Source: Amoebophrya sp. A120 (taxonomy: Eukaryota; Protista; Dinoflagellata). From it: a DNA stretch of 64,000 bases. The notes beneath the pieces were generated by a model. It made no database searches and was not told the DNA's origin. It saw only the letters and a program-made list of their open reading frames with translations. A program made the translations under genes and the position numbers. Location of the stretch: positions 1,695,216-1,759,215 of the forward strand of contig CAJINV010000011.1 of NCBI GenBank assembly GCA_905178155.1, given 5' to 3'. Positions 26,101 to 38,400 of the stretch are shown here, one piece after another. Numbering within the stretch: position 1 is the stretch's first letter; every line of letters begins with the position of its first letter.

Positions 26101-27410
26101 GAAAAGCGGACGGCTTTTGGTACTCACGCAACACAGATTTTCGCATCATTCATTTTTAGCATGACAAGTTCTAATCTTCCAGACCCAGACATTTTTACAT
26201 TTGATACCGTCGTCCTGTTCGCGAATCTCCAGTGCCTGCTCCTGCAACACCAACCGCTGCCGCAAGTCCGCAAAGTCTTTCGCGGCGTGGCCCAGCATCT
26301 CCTGCACCTGGCTCGCGGTCAACACGTCCGACTCGAACTCGCACAGCGTGTACAGCTCGTCGATACTGCGTTTCAGCCGGAGCAGACTCTGGGCCCAGAG
26401 CGTCTGTGCGGAGAGCATCTCCTCGGTCTGCTCGTCCTGGAGGAGAAGTTCCTCTTCCACCTCTTCGACGATGATGCTATCCTCGATGTTCAGGGACGAA
26501 AACCTGATAGAAATAGAACATGATTTCTTTTGCAGTTCTTGCACAAGTTTGTAAAGAATGCCCACCTGCATCTGCGCCTGCCTAGGACGTCCAGCTGGTG
26601 AAGATGCGGATGTTGCCGATACAACATTCAGACAGACACATACCAAAAAATGTGTCACCTTGTGGCCGCAGAACATTTTGAAAGTGAGAAGCGAATCAAT
26701 GATTACTCATCTTCAGTTTAAGAATACAGCAAGCTCGTCCCGAAATTCTGCTGAAAATCGTCATCGTCCGCTATCAAATGTAAAAATGTCTGGGTCTGGA
26801 AGGATGTAACTTGTGATGCGCATTTCAGAACACACAAAAATCTCTGATGCATAGGCAGCAAAAGCTGCTCACTTTCTGTCACCAAAATGGGGGATTTGTC
26901 ATGCGGATTCACCATTGCGGAAGCTTGCTTCTCGAAACCTGTGATGCTAGAGCTTCCATGTCAGACCTTCTGTGTCATGCAGAAACAGCATGACCCTTCC
27001 AGACTTACCCAGACATTTTTACATTCGATATCCGCCGAACCATCGCAATTCCTGCCCCCGATGTTCCCACTGCTCCGGCCTTTCCGCAAAATCGGAAGCC
27101 CCCGACCGCTCGGGCCCCGACTCAGCGCGAGAGGTCCACCACCCGCGGTTGAGGTAGTAGAAGATCTTCGCCCGTTGGCTCCTTCTTGGTCCGTTTCGTC
27201 CTCCGCACTGGTGTCCTTGTCCCGCCCGCTCTTCGGAGACATCCAGCCGGAGTTTGATGTTCCAGCACGGAGTGTTGCGGGGGGGTTGAGGTTCAGATTC
27301 CCACTAACCCGAGCGGACGTGTTGGCAGGGTCCGCGGGAGGGGGTAGCCGGCTCTTGGGGGAGGAGGTGACAGCACCGCTGTCTTGGTACCGCGTTCCGG
27401 CGACCGGCAT
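17103..27410 (-). CDS. SCAPER: SCAPER (S-phase cyclin A-associated protein in the ER) homologue; 8 introners plus about 2 canonical introns
   Basis: N-terminal WAQSLLRLKRSIDELYTLCEFESD...KDFADL, AIAWE, central coiled coil, C-terminal LGNFTALHPVNQEIL...PTLLGKLARLPF...ILLPTLIRCTFDN; canonical intron 19954-20160 and a probable one near 26.58-26.73 kb. Confidence 0.8.
22360..22650. mobile_element. Introner 7 (family A)
   Basis: TSD AGAGC; same orientation as introner 2; removal gives TSLLSAGTG. Confidence 0.9.
22805..22965. mobile_element. Introner 8 (family B)
   Basis: TSD TGCGC; removal gives AKAQKSK. Confidence 0.9.
23300..23454. mobile_element. Introner 9 (family B, opposite orientation to introner 8)
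   Basis: TSD CAACA; removal gives QEVLLKAR. Confidence 0.9.
23529..23707. mobile_element. Introner 10
   Basis: TIR tatcacaagaaaaagtgtcaacg / cgttaaccctttttcctgtgata; TSD CAAAC; removal gives ASLHADL. Confidence 0.9.
24747..25008. mobile_element. Introner 11 (family C, 262 bp)
   Basis: Close copy of 5877-6138; TSD CAGGT; removal gives EGPVSTN. Confidence 0.92.
25069..25587. mobile_element. Introner 12 (C-type TIR) carrying a nested insertion
   Basis: TSD TAACG; removal gives SEALGKAL. Confidence 0.9.
25129..25369 (-). mobile_element. Nested 241-bp insertion, probable truncated non-LTR retroposon
   Basis: Flanked by 14-bp direct repeat GCTACTTTTGGAAT (25115-25128, 25370-25383); - strand ends TTCAATTCAA. 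Confidence 0.7.
25945..26206. mobile_element. Introner 13 (family C, 262 bp)
   Basis: TSD CCGTC; removal gives QDDGVVQQ. Confidence 0.92.
26772..27030. mobile_element. Introner 14 (C-type TIR)
   Basis: TSD TCCGC; removal gives GSADDDDF. Confidence 0.9.
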
Positions 27411-28088
27411 TGTTTTATTTGTTTCGGGAATAATGAAAGTGGCCGGCGTCAGTGACGGTGCGGAATGGTACGTGCAAAAAAATTCTTTCTCCGAACAAGA
27501 AATACAACGAGGACACCAAATGAAAATTCAAACTTCTGATTCTATTTCTGCTTCTATCTAGTTTTGGTTTGTAATCTAGATCATTTTCTGCTCAGAGATG
27601 AAAGCAGCCGAAACGCGGAGCACCGTGGCCCAGCAGCGGCGCGCAGATATTTTTCGTGTTTTGTAGTTTTGTCACAGGCGTCCATTATACACTCAACCCC
27701 AAGTAGTTCTGTTCTGTTTAGCAGAAGTAGTTCATAGAGCAGAAGTGAAGCCGCAGCCGGCGGCTGGTTTATCGTCAACAATAACCAGTCAGCTGTTAAT
27801 TCCGTAGATGGTCTCGCTGACAGCGAGTCGCTGTTGAGGTTAACGCCAACAGGACATAAAACAATCTCGCTCGCAGCAAAGAGGGAGACACAGATAACAC
27901 CACGCGCACACAGGCCTGGAGAACACCAGAGAACACTCTTCACGACGCCGATAAACAGAGGTAGCGCCAGCAAGTCGAAGTCCTCGTCCGCATTCTTTTC
28001 AAAGGGAAAACATAAAACAGCATGAAAAACGCCGTCTCAGGAAAAAAACATTTTCATCATCAAAATTCCACTAGTACTCCTGGCTCTC

Positions 28089-31000
28089 TCAGTGAAAAGG
28101 CAACATTTGCAAACCGTCGCCTGCGTAGTTCCCAGAAGTAGAATGAGAATCTGCACCATCTTCACTTGTAGCGGTTCTTGCTGCTTCCTGCGATGATATT
28201 ACAGCCCCTTGTCCAGATCCGACCGACATGGTCTGCAGACTCTGGAGGTCCTGCATATGGCGCTCTCAACTGTTACATTCTCAACTGGTACAACATGAAT
28301 TTGTGATGCAAGAGTGGCAAAATTGAAGGGTGGAAGATTGCGCTTTTTGCATGACAAATTCCGCACAGATCCAGGTGGTGTCTAGTCCTTCGCAGATTTG
28401 TCTTGCGAAGCAGCTTGGCCACCTGGCGCCTAAAGGTAATTTTTTTGCATGATAAAACACGCAACAGTTGAGCATGTAACATTTGAGAACGCCATACTGC
28501 AGCATGCTGCTCCCGGTTAGCTTGCTCTTCGACATGACAGTTGTGGTTGCGCCCCCCGCCGTACGATCAGCTCCAGGAAACAATAGACTGTCCTGTGCTG
28601 ACGCCGGTGTGAATTTGAATCCGCTGCTCGAAGTACTACTAGCTCCTGCTGCTGCACTTCTACTCACCAGACTCATCGCCGCGGCATCCGCATTGCCGGC
28701 CAACCGGCTGAGCTGGGCGTGAATCTCGTCCGCATTGTCGATGTTGATCACGTTTCTCGCCGACTGCAGCGCCTGCAGATTTGCCTGCCGTCGCGCCCGC
28801 CGCTCGTCGTAGTGCTGCAGTAAATCGGAACAAGCGGACTTCAGCCGGTTTAAATACGCGTCCACCTCCTCCTTCTGCTTTTTCAACCCCGTGCTGTCCT
28901 CGCTATCTGCGTCGAGCGACGCGCGCTGCTGCAATTCCAAATTCGACCGGTAGGTGCGCGCCTGCTCCAATTTCGCGGTAAACGATTCTTCCGTTTTTTT
29001 CAGCGAGTTGCTATCCAGCTCCGCCGTATTCTCGGATTTCTCGCACTGCTCGCGCAACTGCTGATACTTCGTCTGCAAGCTACCGAGACTGTCCACGGCC
29101 TGCTGTGCGAGTTGCTGCGTACTGGCGGATTGTTGCGTCGAACTACTGCTTCCGGTTGCCAGAAACCCGAGCTGCTGTTGCTGCTTACTTCTCTGGTCGT
29201 CCTGCTCCTCCAGCACCAAAGCGTTGAACCGCTGCAGAATCGCGACAGCCTGCTGCAAAATTTGGCCCGCAACCTGGTGGTTCTGCTCCGACTTCTGGAA
29301 AAACGACTTGCTTTGTTGACGGAGTTTGGTGAACTCAAGTAAACTCGCAGCTAAATTCTGCTTCTCCGCCTTCAGCACCTGCAAACTACCATCCAACTCG
29401 GACAGCGCTTCCTTCTCGTTGTCCACCTTCGTCAGAATCCGGCGCAACTTCGTGCCCTTCTCCTCTACGGTGCCGCTGTTCCGCGAGATCTCGGCCTCGC
29501 ACCAAGTTTTGTGGCTGTCTTCGTTCTGCGTGGCTTGCTGGATTTGGGCCATCATCTCCTCCACCATGCGCTTCACGCTGGAGAAAGTCGCTTGGCGCGA
29601 CGAGGTGGCGTCCTGTTGCATCTGCTCTTGGTGTTGTTCTGCTGGCACAGAAGCGAAGCTGTCGTGTGTGGTAGTTGGCAGACTGGAAGTACTTGATGCA
29701 CTTGTCGCAGCCGCGAGACCCCCGCGGGTCTGACTTGCGGACGAGAGGTTCAGGAGTCCGAGACTTGAGCTTGTGCCTTGGTTTTGTACAGCACCACCAC
29801 CACCGAGCAGCGGCGGAGCAACCATACCGAGGGTAGTTGTGCCAGTGGGTTGCTGTTGATCTTGCGCAAAGACTTCCTGTGCGCCACCGTAGCTGCCGGT
29901 CTTCGTCGTACTTTGCGCTCCTTCTTGCAGAAAGGACAGCATAGTATTCTGCTGAGCATCAGCCCCGCCGTAAGATTGTTCCCCTCCACCCATCGAAGCT
30001 GCTGCTGCAGTCGACAAACTTTCCGTCACCGCTTGCAATCCCTGCAACACTTCCTGATGTCCAGCTTGCCGCGCCGCCCACCCGGTGGACAGATCCGCGC
30101 ACACCTTCTTCACTTCCGCCAAATGGTTCGTCGATGCGGCCGTTACCTGCGTGGCGTCCTCCAGACTGCGCTTCAACTGGGCGATCATCTGCTCCGACTC
30201 CGCCAAAGCGGCGTCCTTCGCGTCTTTGCTCGACTGTAATTGGAGTAACACCTGCTTCTTCATCCGAATTAACGAATCGTACTGGTCCAGCGCCTTCCGT
30301 TCCTGTTCTTGCGCGGTCGCGATGGACTGTTCGAAGGTGGTCGTTAGCGTTTTCAGCACCTGCAGGACGGAAGACTTCGTTTCCTCGATCGCATCCGCCT
30401 CGTTCATCTCCTGCTGGTCTTGCTCTTCTTGTTGTTCCTGCTGGCCTGCAAGTTGTCCTCCGGTAGAAGACGTAGAACTAGACGTCGACGTGACAAAATC
30501 GTCTAGCAACACCCGGTCTTTTTCCGCCACCAATCCGGATCGCTGGGCAATCTGCTGCACCGAGGAGGCAACTTGCAGCAGGGTTTGACGGTTCAAAGCT
30601 CGGTGGTTCAACTTGTCCGACGCGTTGTTTAACTCCGTGAGCATGTTTGCCGAGTCCTTCTGCTCCCGCAGGTAGTCGCCGTGCTCCGACTGCCGCAAAC
30701 TCGACCCTTGCCTCACCGCGTTCTCCGCCTCGGCAAGTTCCTGCTGCAGTTGGGAAACTTCATCCTTCAACTGCCGATTCACCGCCTCGCGTACCTTCTG
30801 CTTCGACTTCAACTCTTGTTCAATCGCCTGGTACTGGTTCTGCCCCTGGCTGCGGTCACGGAACGCGGTCTGGCACCACTGAAACGCCGAGCGGTACTGC
30901 GCACTGTCCACCTCTTGCTCCTCTTGCATGGACTGCTGGAGGTTCGACAAAGTCTCCACGATCTTGGCCACCGGGGCGGCTGGAGCAGCAGAGACGGTCG

Positions 31001-31097
31001 GTGCCGTGAATGCGACGAGCACAGCTGCTGCGCCGGAGCGCTGCAGCAACCGTCGTTGTCTCGCCCACATGATTCTGCAGCTCCGCTGGCGGTGCAA
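28089..31097 (-). CDS. Secreted two-module coiled-coil protein of a dinoflagellate-type family; 1 introner
   Basis: Hydrophobic signal-like segment, PVAKIVETL...FQWC, SFLQ linker, SVKRMVEEMM...HKTWC second module; stop at 28089 after introner removal. Confidence 0.7.
28256..28496. mobile_element. Introner 15
   Basis: 32-bp TIR tatggcgctctcaactgttacattctcaactg / cagttgagcatgtaacatttgagaacgccata; TSD CTGCA. Confidence 0.9.
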
Positions 31098-31479
31098 CTG
31101 CTCCTTGTTCCTTGACGGTCACACAAGCGACGAGCAGCGAGCTGTCCGCACGGTCGCTGTCGACCGGCAGAAAACTTTACACCATGCACAACAGCCTTAT
31201 GATATACAGTGCAAAAACAGTGAGCCACATGATATGTGGGTTGCTGACCTACAGGACGGCTCTTCCTGGATGGTCAAGATGTTTCTCTCTGCCTATGACG
31301 TGCTCGCGCAGTCTACCTGATCCTGATGATGATCATTATGTCCTTACTCATTATTACCGAACTAGCCACAGAGCAGCGACGTCAGTGTCACTGTTGCTGT
31401 TACTGATGTTTGTAAACACTGCACACACGAAAGGGATAATGGATCTCCTTCTTCTACGGCAGGAACTAATCATGAACCG

Positions 31480-33790
31480 GGGAGCGGGAAGCACCGGTAG
31501 TCCCTCTCTCTCAATGTAGCTACCCCTCGGAGGGCCCTCGCCCCGCATCGGAATGCTCGCACGCTCGGAGGCGGGTGAGGCATCGCGCCTTTGGAACACC
31601 AATACCCCCAAACAAGAGCGCTGCTGATTTTTGTCCGCTTTTTGTCCAACGACTGCATCTTCAAAAGCAGCACTCACACCGAAGTCAACCCCAGCTGAGA
31701 AGTCGTGGGGGGGAACCTGCGAGAGCGCGCCCTGCGGTGCAAGCATTTACTTACCAACTTGCGGGAACGCCATTGCCACAACATGATCGAGGGGGAAGGC
31801 CCCCCTCCAACAGGCCTGATGTGGCGCGCGCGCCCGCGCGCGGCAGCACAGGCTGCAAAATACACCTCCCAACCGGGTGGCCACATGCCATCTGCGGGCA
31901 GCGCGCGGGCGGGGCGGGGGCGCGCCAACCCCGGTCGATGCGTGGGCGCGCCGGCCGACCAATGGGCCACGGTGGCGAGGCCACCCAGCGAGCCAGCGCC
32001 GGCCCCGCCCGCAAGGCGGCCCACTGCTGTGCCACAACTGCCCAAACGGGAGGGAAGCCGGCCTCCCCAAGGGCGCCCCAGCCGGTGGGCCGGCGTAAAG
32101 CGCGACAAGGCCCCGCCAAAACGCGCGCCCCCGCTGACTTCTTCGCCTGGGGCGCATCGCTTGGGAATCTCACTCATGGGCGCCCTTCCCGGCTTTCGGC
32201 TTTTTTCTCTCCGACAAGCGACCCAGAAGCTGCGCACCAGGGCCCCACTGCCTCAAGATAGCAGAGATAGGACAATCAGAATCCTTTACAACAGACATTT
32301 CCACCCTCATCAGCTGCCGGCTCCGGGGACTTGAAGTCCGGCGTCGCAGACGCATTTCCGGCGCGACGGACCAACACCACGGGCGGCCGGCTTTTCTAGG
32401 TAGTGGATACGGAGCCGGCCCACTCCCGCGCCCCACCGGGTGGGTTCCTTCGTTCTCACCGGCACTGCCCGGCCTGATCTCGAAGCGCGCCGAATGCTTC
32501 TCCCGGTCGCACGGGATAACCCAACAGGGGGAGGGCGCCGCGCAAGACGGCAGTCCCAAGAATGAACGCCAATCACTTTGGTGGGCGTGCTAACAAAGGC
32601 GAGGCGCCCGGCCACGACCGGGGGCGGTCGTTTTAACTAAGACCAGTGGGCGCGGCGTGGGTGCGCGCATGGATGCTTAACAAGCAACCGGCGGGCCGGG
32701 TCCGGGCATCTTCCACCAGCTTCCTTGGCGCCCCGCCCCCTCGCAAAAAATAGAAGCCCGCCCCACAGGGCTTTCGGCAGGGGCCGCGCTGTCCCTGGCT
32801 TTGCAGTGTTTTTGCCAAATTCCACCCAGGCACTTCTGTTGGGGCTTCCTCGACAATGCTGCCACTTTTCGGGCTGATTTCGAAGCCGATGAGATGCGCA
32901 GGGCCATACCTCAGCGGCCCTCCTATATCTTCTATCTGCAGGCACGGCAGGCAGCAACTGGCCCACGGCGAAGACCTCCCGCCGCCCGCGCGCCTCCCCG
33001 AAGCTGGCCGGCGTGCCAGGGCCCGAAAACGGCGGCGACTGCAAGGCCAAAGGGTAGACGCCGGCCGCGGCTCTTCCCGACGGGCGGCAAGGCGCCGGCG
33101 GCGACTAGTTGCCAGGTCGTGGCAGGTGAATGTGCTGGGCCCTTGCACGCGCCCAAGCGTTCGGGCAGCCGGCGGGCCAACAATCGGAGCGGCAGGCGGT
33201 GTCGGCTCAACTTCTTCCCCTAAAACCCTGGGCAGTCTGCGTGCCCGCCCCGTCTGCGGCGGCCCCTTCGAGGATGGAAACAAGACCGGCCCGCTGCCTG
33301 CGGCGGCCGCATCGAGGAAACCGGGCCGGCCCCCTCTCGGCGGGGGCGTCGTCGCCGTTTCTTTGCAGCAATTCCCCCCGCGCGGCACTTCACCAACTAC
33401 GCGGCCCCGCTTCAGCGTCATCGCCTGCTCGGTTGTTTTTGCAGGCGGTTTCACACCGGTGGCAGTGAAGGGGTCGATCGCTCTGCTGTGGCCACCCGGC
33501 AGCGTCGCCTTCCACGCGCCCAGGCCCAAGGGGCCGGAAGGGGGGCGCCACTGCGGCAGCCAAATGAGCCAGGGATAAACTCGGGCAGCCCTTTTTGGCG
33601 TCCGACTGAGTATCAGCGCACTTCCACCAATGCAGACGCTTTCCTGATTTCCGCCAGCGCAACGCATTTGGATTTGCGTTAGCATTTCCAACAGTGTATA
33701 CAACTGTAGCTCTGCAAGCGGAACACGATGGCAAACCGGTGGTAGCCGTTCCAAATCCTCGTCAACAAACGAAAACTTCATCGACATTCT
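31480..33790 (-). mobile_element. Decayed DIRS-like (tyrosine-recombinase) retrotransposon remnant
   Basis: GC-rich island with colinear degenerate motifs SRAIDPFTATGV, TLGRVQGPSTF, QIEDIG (YxDD-like), LIGFEISPK, AGRLAFVS, then PHDFSAG and WGYWCSKGAM (recombinase-like); boundaries approximate. Confidence 0.5.
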
Positions 33791-34140
33791 CATTCACATT
33801 TGCGCGAAGAATATAACACACGACAAGACGAGCAATAGGGTTTCGGTTTTTGGTGTTATTTCTTTACTCAACAACTTTTAAACAAAGAAACGAGGACAGC
33901 CTGCTATGCTACAGCATGCAATTACAAGTGCGAGACAATAAATTAATTTATTCTTGAAACTTGAAACAGAATGAAGCACTTCTTGTTACGGCTGTCTTCT
34001 CAAGTCATGACGGCGCAGCTGCCTCTACCTTCTGCACATCATCTGTGCCACCTTCGCATACTTTTACTTTTCATCCGGACCTCGCAACTCAGTGGGGAAC
34101 TTCTACACTTTTTCGCGCATGATCTCTACCATCTGCCTCT

Positions 34141-34903
34141 TCACCGCACAAAATTTTTCCGCACCTTCGGTGGCGAGGGCGGGGGGGCGTTCTTCTTTGC
34201 CATGGCGTACGCCCGCAGGGTTTCGGGCGCGTACAGGCCCCGGCCGTCGTAGGGACCGGCTTTCACTTGCTCCACGATATCCTCGTCGTTGTCCAACGGT
34301 TTCACACGCGCATTTCCCGGAACGGAGGTGTCCATGCCCATTTTGTTCCGGCGAATCGTTTTAACATCCAGCGCCGGTTCTGTTTGCGTTTGGTTGTTTT
34401 TGATGCACATCATCACGTCATGATGTACTACTTGTAGTTCCTCATACGTTCATACTTCGCTGCTGTAGTACAACATGAAGACTATAATCAACTACAACCA
34501 TACCGAAGTAATCCGAGGTGAGCTGGTACATCCGATTGCGCATGATGAAGCAGAACCCGAGGCCGAAGACGATGCCAAACGCCGCCACTAGGATCCGTGC
34601 CGCGGGCGTCAGCGCCGGTCCGCCGCCCTTGGCCTTCAAAAACCGGAGGGGGTTGTTGTCATAGAAGTGCTGCTGGAGTTGATGATCATCATGTTCATGC
34701 GCCGACGTCATGGACGTAGCTCCTGCGACATCATGTTCATTCTCTTGCGGCACCGCGATGAGATTGTCCGCGATCGTGTTCAAGCCGCGGAACACCCAGT
34801 GCAGGGCAGCGTCACCTAAAGCTTCGACGGAGAGATGAGATGCGTTCTTTTCAAACGCGCCCTCACGTGACGAGGAGGAAGACGGAGTGCCGAGCGGAGC
34901 CAT
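34141..34903 (-). CDS. Small single-pass membrane protein of unknown function
   Basis: TM segment ILVAAFGIVFGLGFCFIM; GT-AG intron 34380-34503 joins DYF-E-PALDVK. Confidence 0.65.
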
Positions 34904-35432
34904 TGTTTCTGGTGCTTGGCTCCTTGTGGTTCTGGAAGATGACCAAAAAATTTCTTATTCTTTTAGCCAAAGGGTTCTCTAAAAGAGATCGTTGCCCTAG
35001 TACTGAAGACCGTGATTTCAAAAATCTCGACGAACACGAACAGATGAGAAGAAAGCCGACAAAAGCACCATGCGACTCTTAACTTATGTCTGTCCGAGCG
35101 AAGCCCACCAAACTGTGTCCTTAAACGAGAGAAAGCCTGCTCGAGCATTTCTCTGACTCGACAATCATCACGCTCTGTGGTCTCTAGCTCTACTGCGAAT
35201 GCGACTCTATGGAATGTATCAATCTGTGCGACGAGGAGAACGAACAAACGAAGTGAGCAAGTTTTTCAAACGCAGCTGCTAGAGCTAACAGGCGAAAGAT
35301 GCAAACACTGTATGTCGACGTAGTTGCACACGAAACCACTGCAGTCAGTCTCAATCTGCAGTAAGTCTCACGCTCCTGTTTTGTTAAAGTGGACGATATG
35401 GATGCTTTTCTAAATATTCTTCTAGCTACTGC

Positions 35433-38400
35433 TCACTCCTGTGCTGCAGCTCGTGGCGGTGAGAGGCCGACGCCCCCCGTAACACGACTTGTCTTCTGCG
35501 GTGATACATTTCGCACTGGGCTGTTCCTTCCACGACCTGCAGCAGCTGGTGCAGTAATACCCTCCTGATTCAGATCTTCTTCGCTCTTACCCGCGGCTGG
35601 CACATCGATAACAAAGGTCGGCTCGTCCTCTAAGCTACTGCCGATTCCGCCTCCAACTATCCCCTTCGAGCCAGAGGAATTGGTAAACGCACTCTCGTCC
35701 TGCTCCGTGAGTTTTACGTGCCTGGCAGAGGACGCCCCCGCCGCGGTACCTATGAGCCCGCCTGCGGGATGAAAAGACAAAGAGTTGCTACTTATTTGTG
35801 GAAACAGATATTTCCGCGCCAAGACGTAGACGTTGCACGCAAGCAGCGTCAAGGACAGCACCGCTAATAGCCCGACGGTCTGCAGCAAATCGTCGCTAAG
35901 GCGCTCGCCCGCAAAACTGAAGAACCCGGTTACGATCCCTTTGCTGCGGCCCGGCGGATGGCTGGCATTTGATGCCGCGGCGGCGGGGTTCTTCGAAGGT
36001 GCCGGCGTGGGGGAAGCAGGTGTCGGAACAGGACTCGCGGCACCTGCTCCTCCTGCTCCTGGTGAAGACGGGGCTACTGGCGTCTGCGGTTTGTTCGCAG
36101 ATGATCCTGCAGGCGCTGCAGTCGAAGCTGCACCATTACCAGCAGCCGGAGTAGTACCTCCACCTCCCTGCTGCTTCGCGACGACCTTTGCCGGCGTGGT
36201 CAATTTACCCAGCATCTGCTTCGCTTCCGCTGAAAAAGAGCCCGCCAGGGGTGTGGTCGTTTGCTGACTCGCGGCGCGCTTCACGGCGGTCACCGTGCAG
36301 AGGGGGAAGTTTGGAGACTGAAACTCCGTTTCCTTGTTGTTTTTTACTTCGTTCTGCCGACATTGGCACTGCTCCGCAGCGGCGGGCGCAGAACCAGATT
36401 GCGAGCACCTGGTGAATTATTTTTTCGAAGCATTATGACTCTCAAAAAAGATACAGATGACTCGTCTGACAGCATGGATGCATTTCTAAAAATTCGCATC
36501 GACAACTACAAAGAACAATTGCTGCCCTCGATAAACAGGAACAAATTACAAAAAAAGTGCTCAAGAACCGTACCACGACAGCACCACCACGCCGCCACCC
36601 GGCGGCGTGAGTTCCGGAAACCCAGCTCCACCCGCGGTAAAGTGCACCTGCACCGACGTGCGTCGCGGTAGGTCTTTTTTTACCGTGAAAACGACCAAGC
36701 CCGACTTTTCCGCGACGAAAGCTTGGTCGACAGTGACGTCCGGCGTTTGTTCAAACGTGGCTCCTACAGATAAACCACCACCACTACCCGCAGCCTCGTC
36801 GAATACCGCCTGCGCCGCCGGCGCCTGCTTCACGTTTTCGATTTTCAGGGCGATGGTCGGGTTCGTGCAAGTCGCTAAGCCCTTGTTTGACACCGTCGCG
36901 ACGTTTCTATTTCCCGAAGAAACACCTAGCTCGACGTAAATTTCGCACCCTGTTTTCAGCGCCAAGTACCGCATGCGGATGTAGTTGCGCTCGATGATCC
37001 CGCGGATCTTCCCCTGTCTTGGCCAAAATCCGTCCTCCTCGTGGCCAACCTCTGGGGACATGGAGATAATGCCCTGGTCGTAAAACCAGTCGTCCGACTC
37101 GCCAAACGCCGTGTACCCGACGGTCTCTTTCGCCGTGCCAAACTTGCTGTATTTGAAGACCTTGTTGATCTCCTTGTAGATCAGCGCGTCGTCTGGGGGC
37201 AGAGTGTTCCGCGTCTTGTAGTTATACGGGTGCGTCAACATGGACCCAAACGCGTGTAGATTGCTACAAACGGTGAACTTCACTTTTTTCACCAATTGCT
37301 CCAGCGCCGCGGTTTCCGGCTCGGAAAAGGGCTTTGTTCCTCCGTACTCCTCACTGCAGCCGGATGGGACTCGTTTCCAATGGGTCGGAAAATTCCGGTT
37401 CAAATCCACTCCTCCATCTTCCACCCGATGGTTGCAGGTCGGCCGCATCTGTGCATTGCAAAAGTCTCGTACTAGTAGGAGAAATCGCATGACAAGTTTC
37501 TTCAGCATGAGAAATCGAATTTGTAATGCGCTTTTACCTCAAGAAGGAGGATCGTAATGCATGACCACTGCGATCATAATTTACTACGAGTACGATACTT
37601 TCGCAGTGGATACCATGTTCTTTCGCTTCATTTTCGTGCGGGATTTTTCGTTGAACACGTACCCGTCCGGATTTACGAAGGGAATCACGTAGATCAACCG
37701 TTCCTGCAGCACAAAATCCGCGTCGGGGTCAATCCCGCGTCGGGCCAGCAGCTGCCCGACGAAAAACAGCACGACGACCAGACCCGCCGGTTCCCGACTG
37801 TGGGTGAGCGAAGTGAGCAGGAATTTCGGCCGGTTGTCGATGGGCGTCAAGGGTAATACCGCCGCGGCGGGGCTAGTAGTACTTGCAGCAGCTGCTCCGG
37901 CGGCCTTTGGTCTCGTGGAACTACAAGCAAGTTTGTAAGCGAGCAGCTCCCGGCCTTGGAAGCTCTCTCCGATCTTTTCCTTGACAAAGCAGTCCGGGTA
38001 CGCTTTCTCCCACTCATATGCAACACAAATTTCCCCTACATGTACAAAATGCATCACAAATTTCAATTTCGCCAATTTGGAGCACCATGCGACTTGTCAT
38101 GCTAAACAGGATTGGAATGAGGCTTTGTCATGCAGAAGCTGCATTTGCACATCGTGTACGGGAAATTTACTGTGGATAACTCTGTCAAGAGCTTCATCCC
38201 CTCCTCCAACGTCGGGTAACTGGCTTCGTGTCCCTTCCATAACTGCTCGACCCAGGGAAGCGAGAGATCCGCCTTCAGAATCCGGTGGGCCAGCGCGTTG
38301 AGGTCGAGGTGGAGGGAGCCGAGGGGGCTGTTGTTGCTCATCTGCGGGGACGATGATGGAGCTGCAGCTGGTGCTGGTGGCCAGTAGACACGTTGAAATG

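Noticed and set aside
22360-27030. Regularly recurring repeats suggesting a CRISPR array
   Set aside because: The repeats are inverted pairs bounding 150-520 bp elements and the 'spacers' are in-frame exons; no cas genes, eukaryotic context.
32633-33793. 386-aa ORF as an intact gene
   Set aside because: Arg/Pro/Gly/Ala-rich with broken catalytic motifs; better explained as a decayed retroelement whose stops were lost through high GC.
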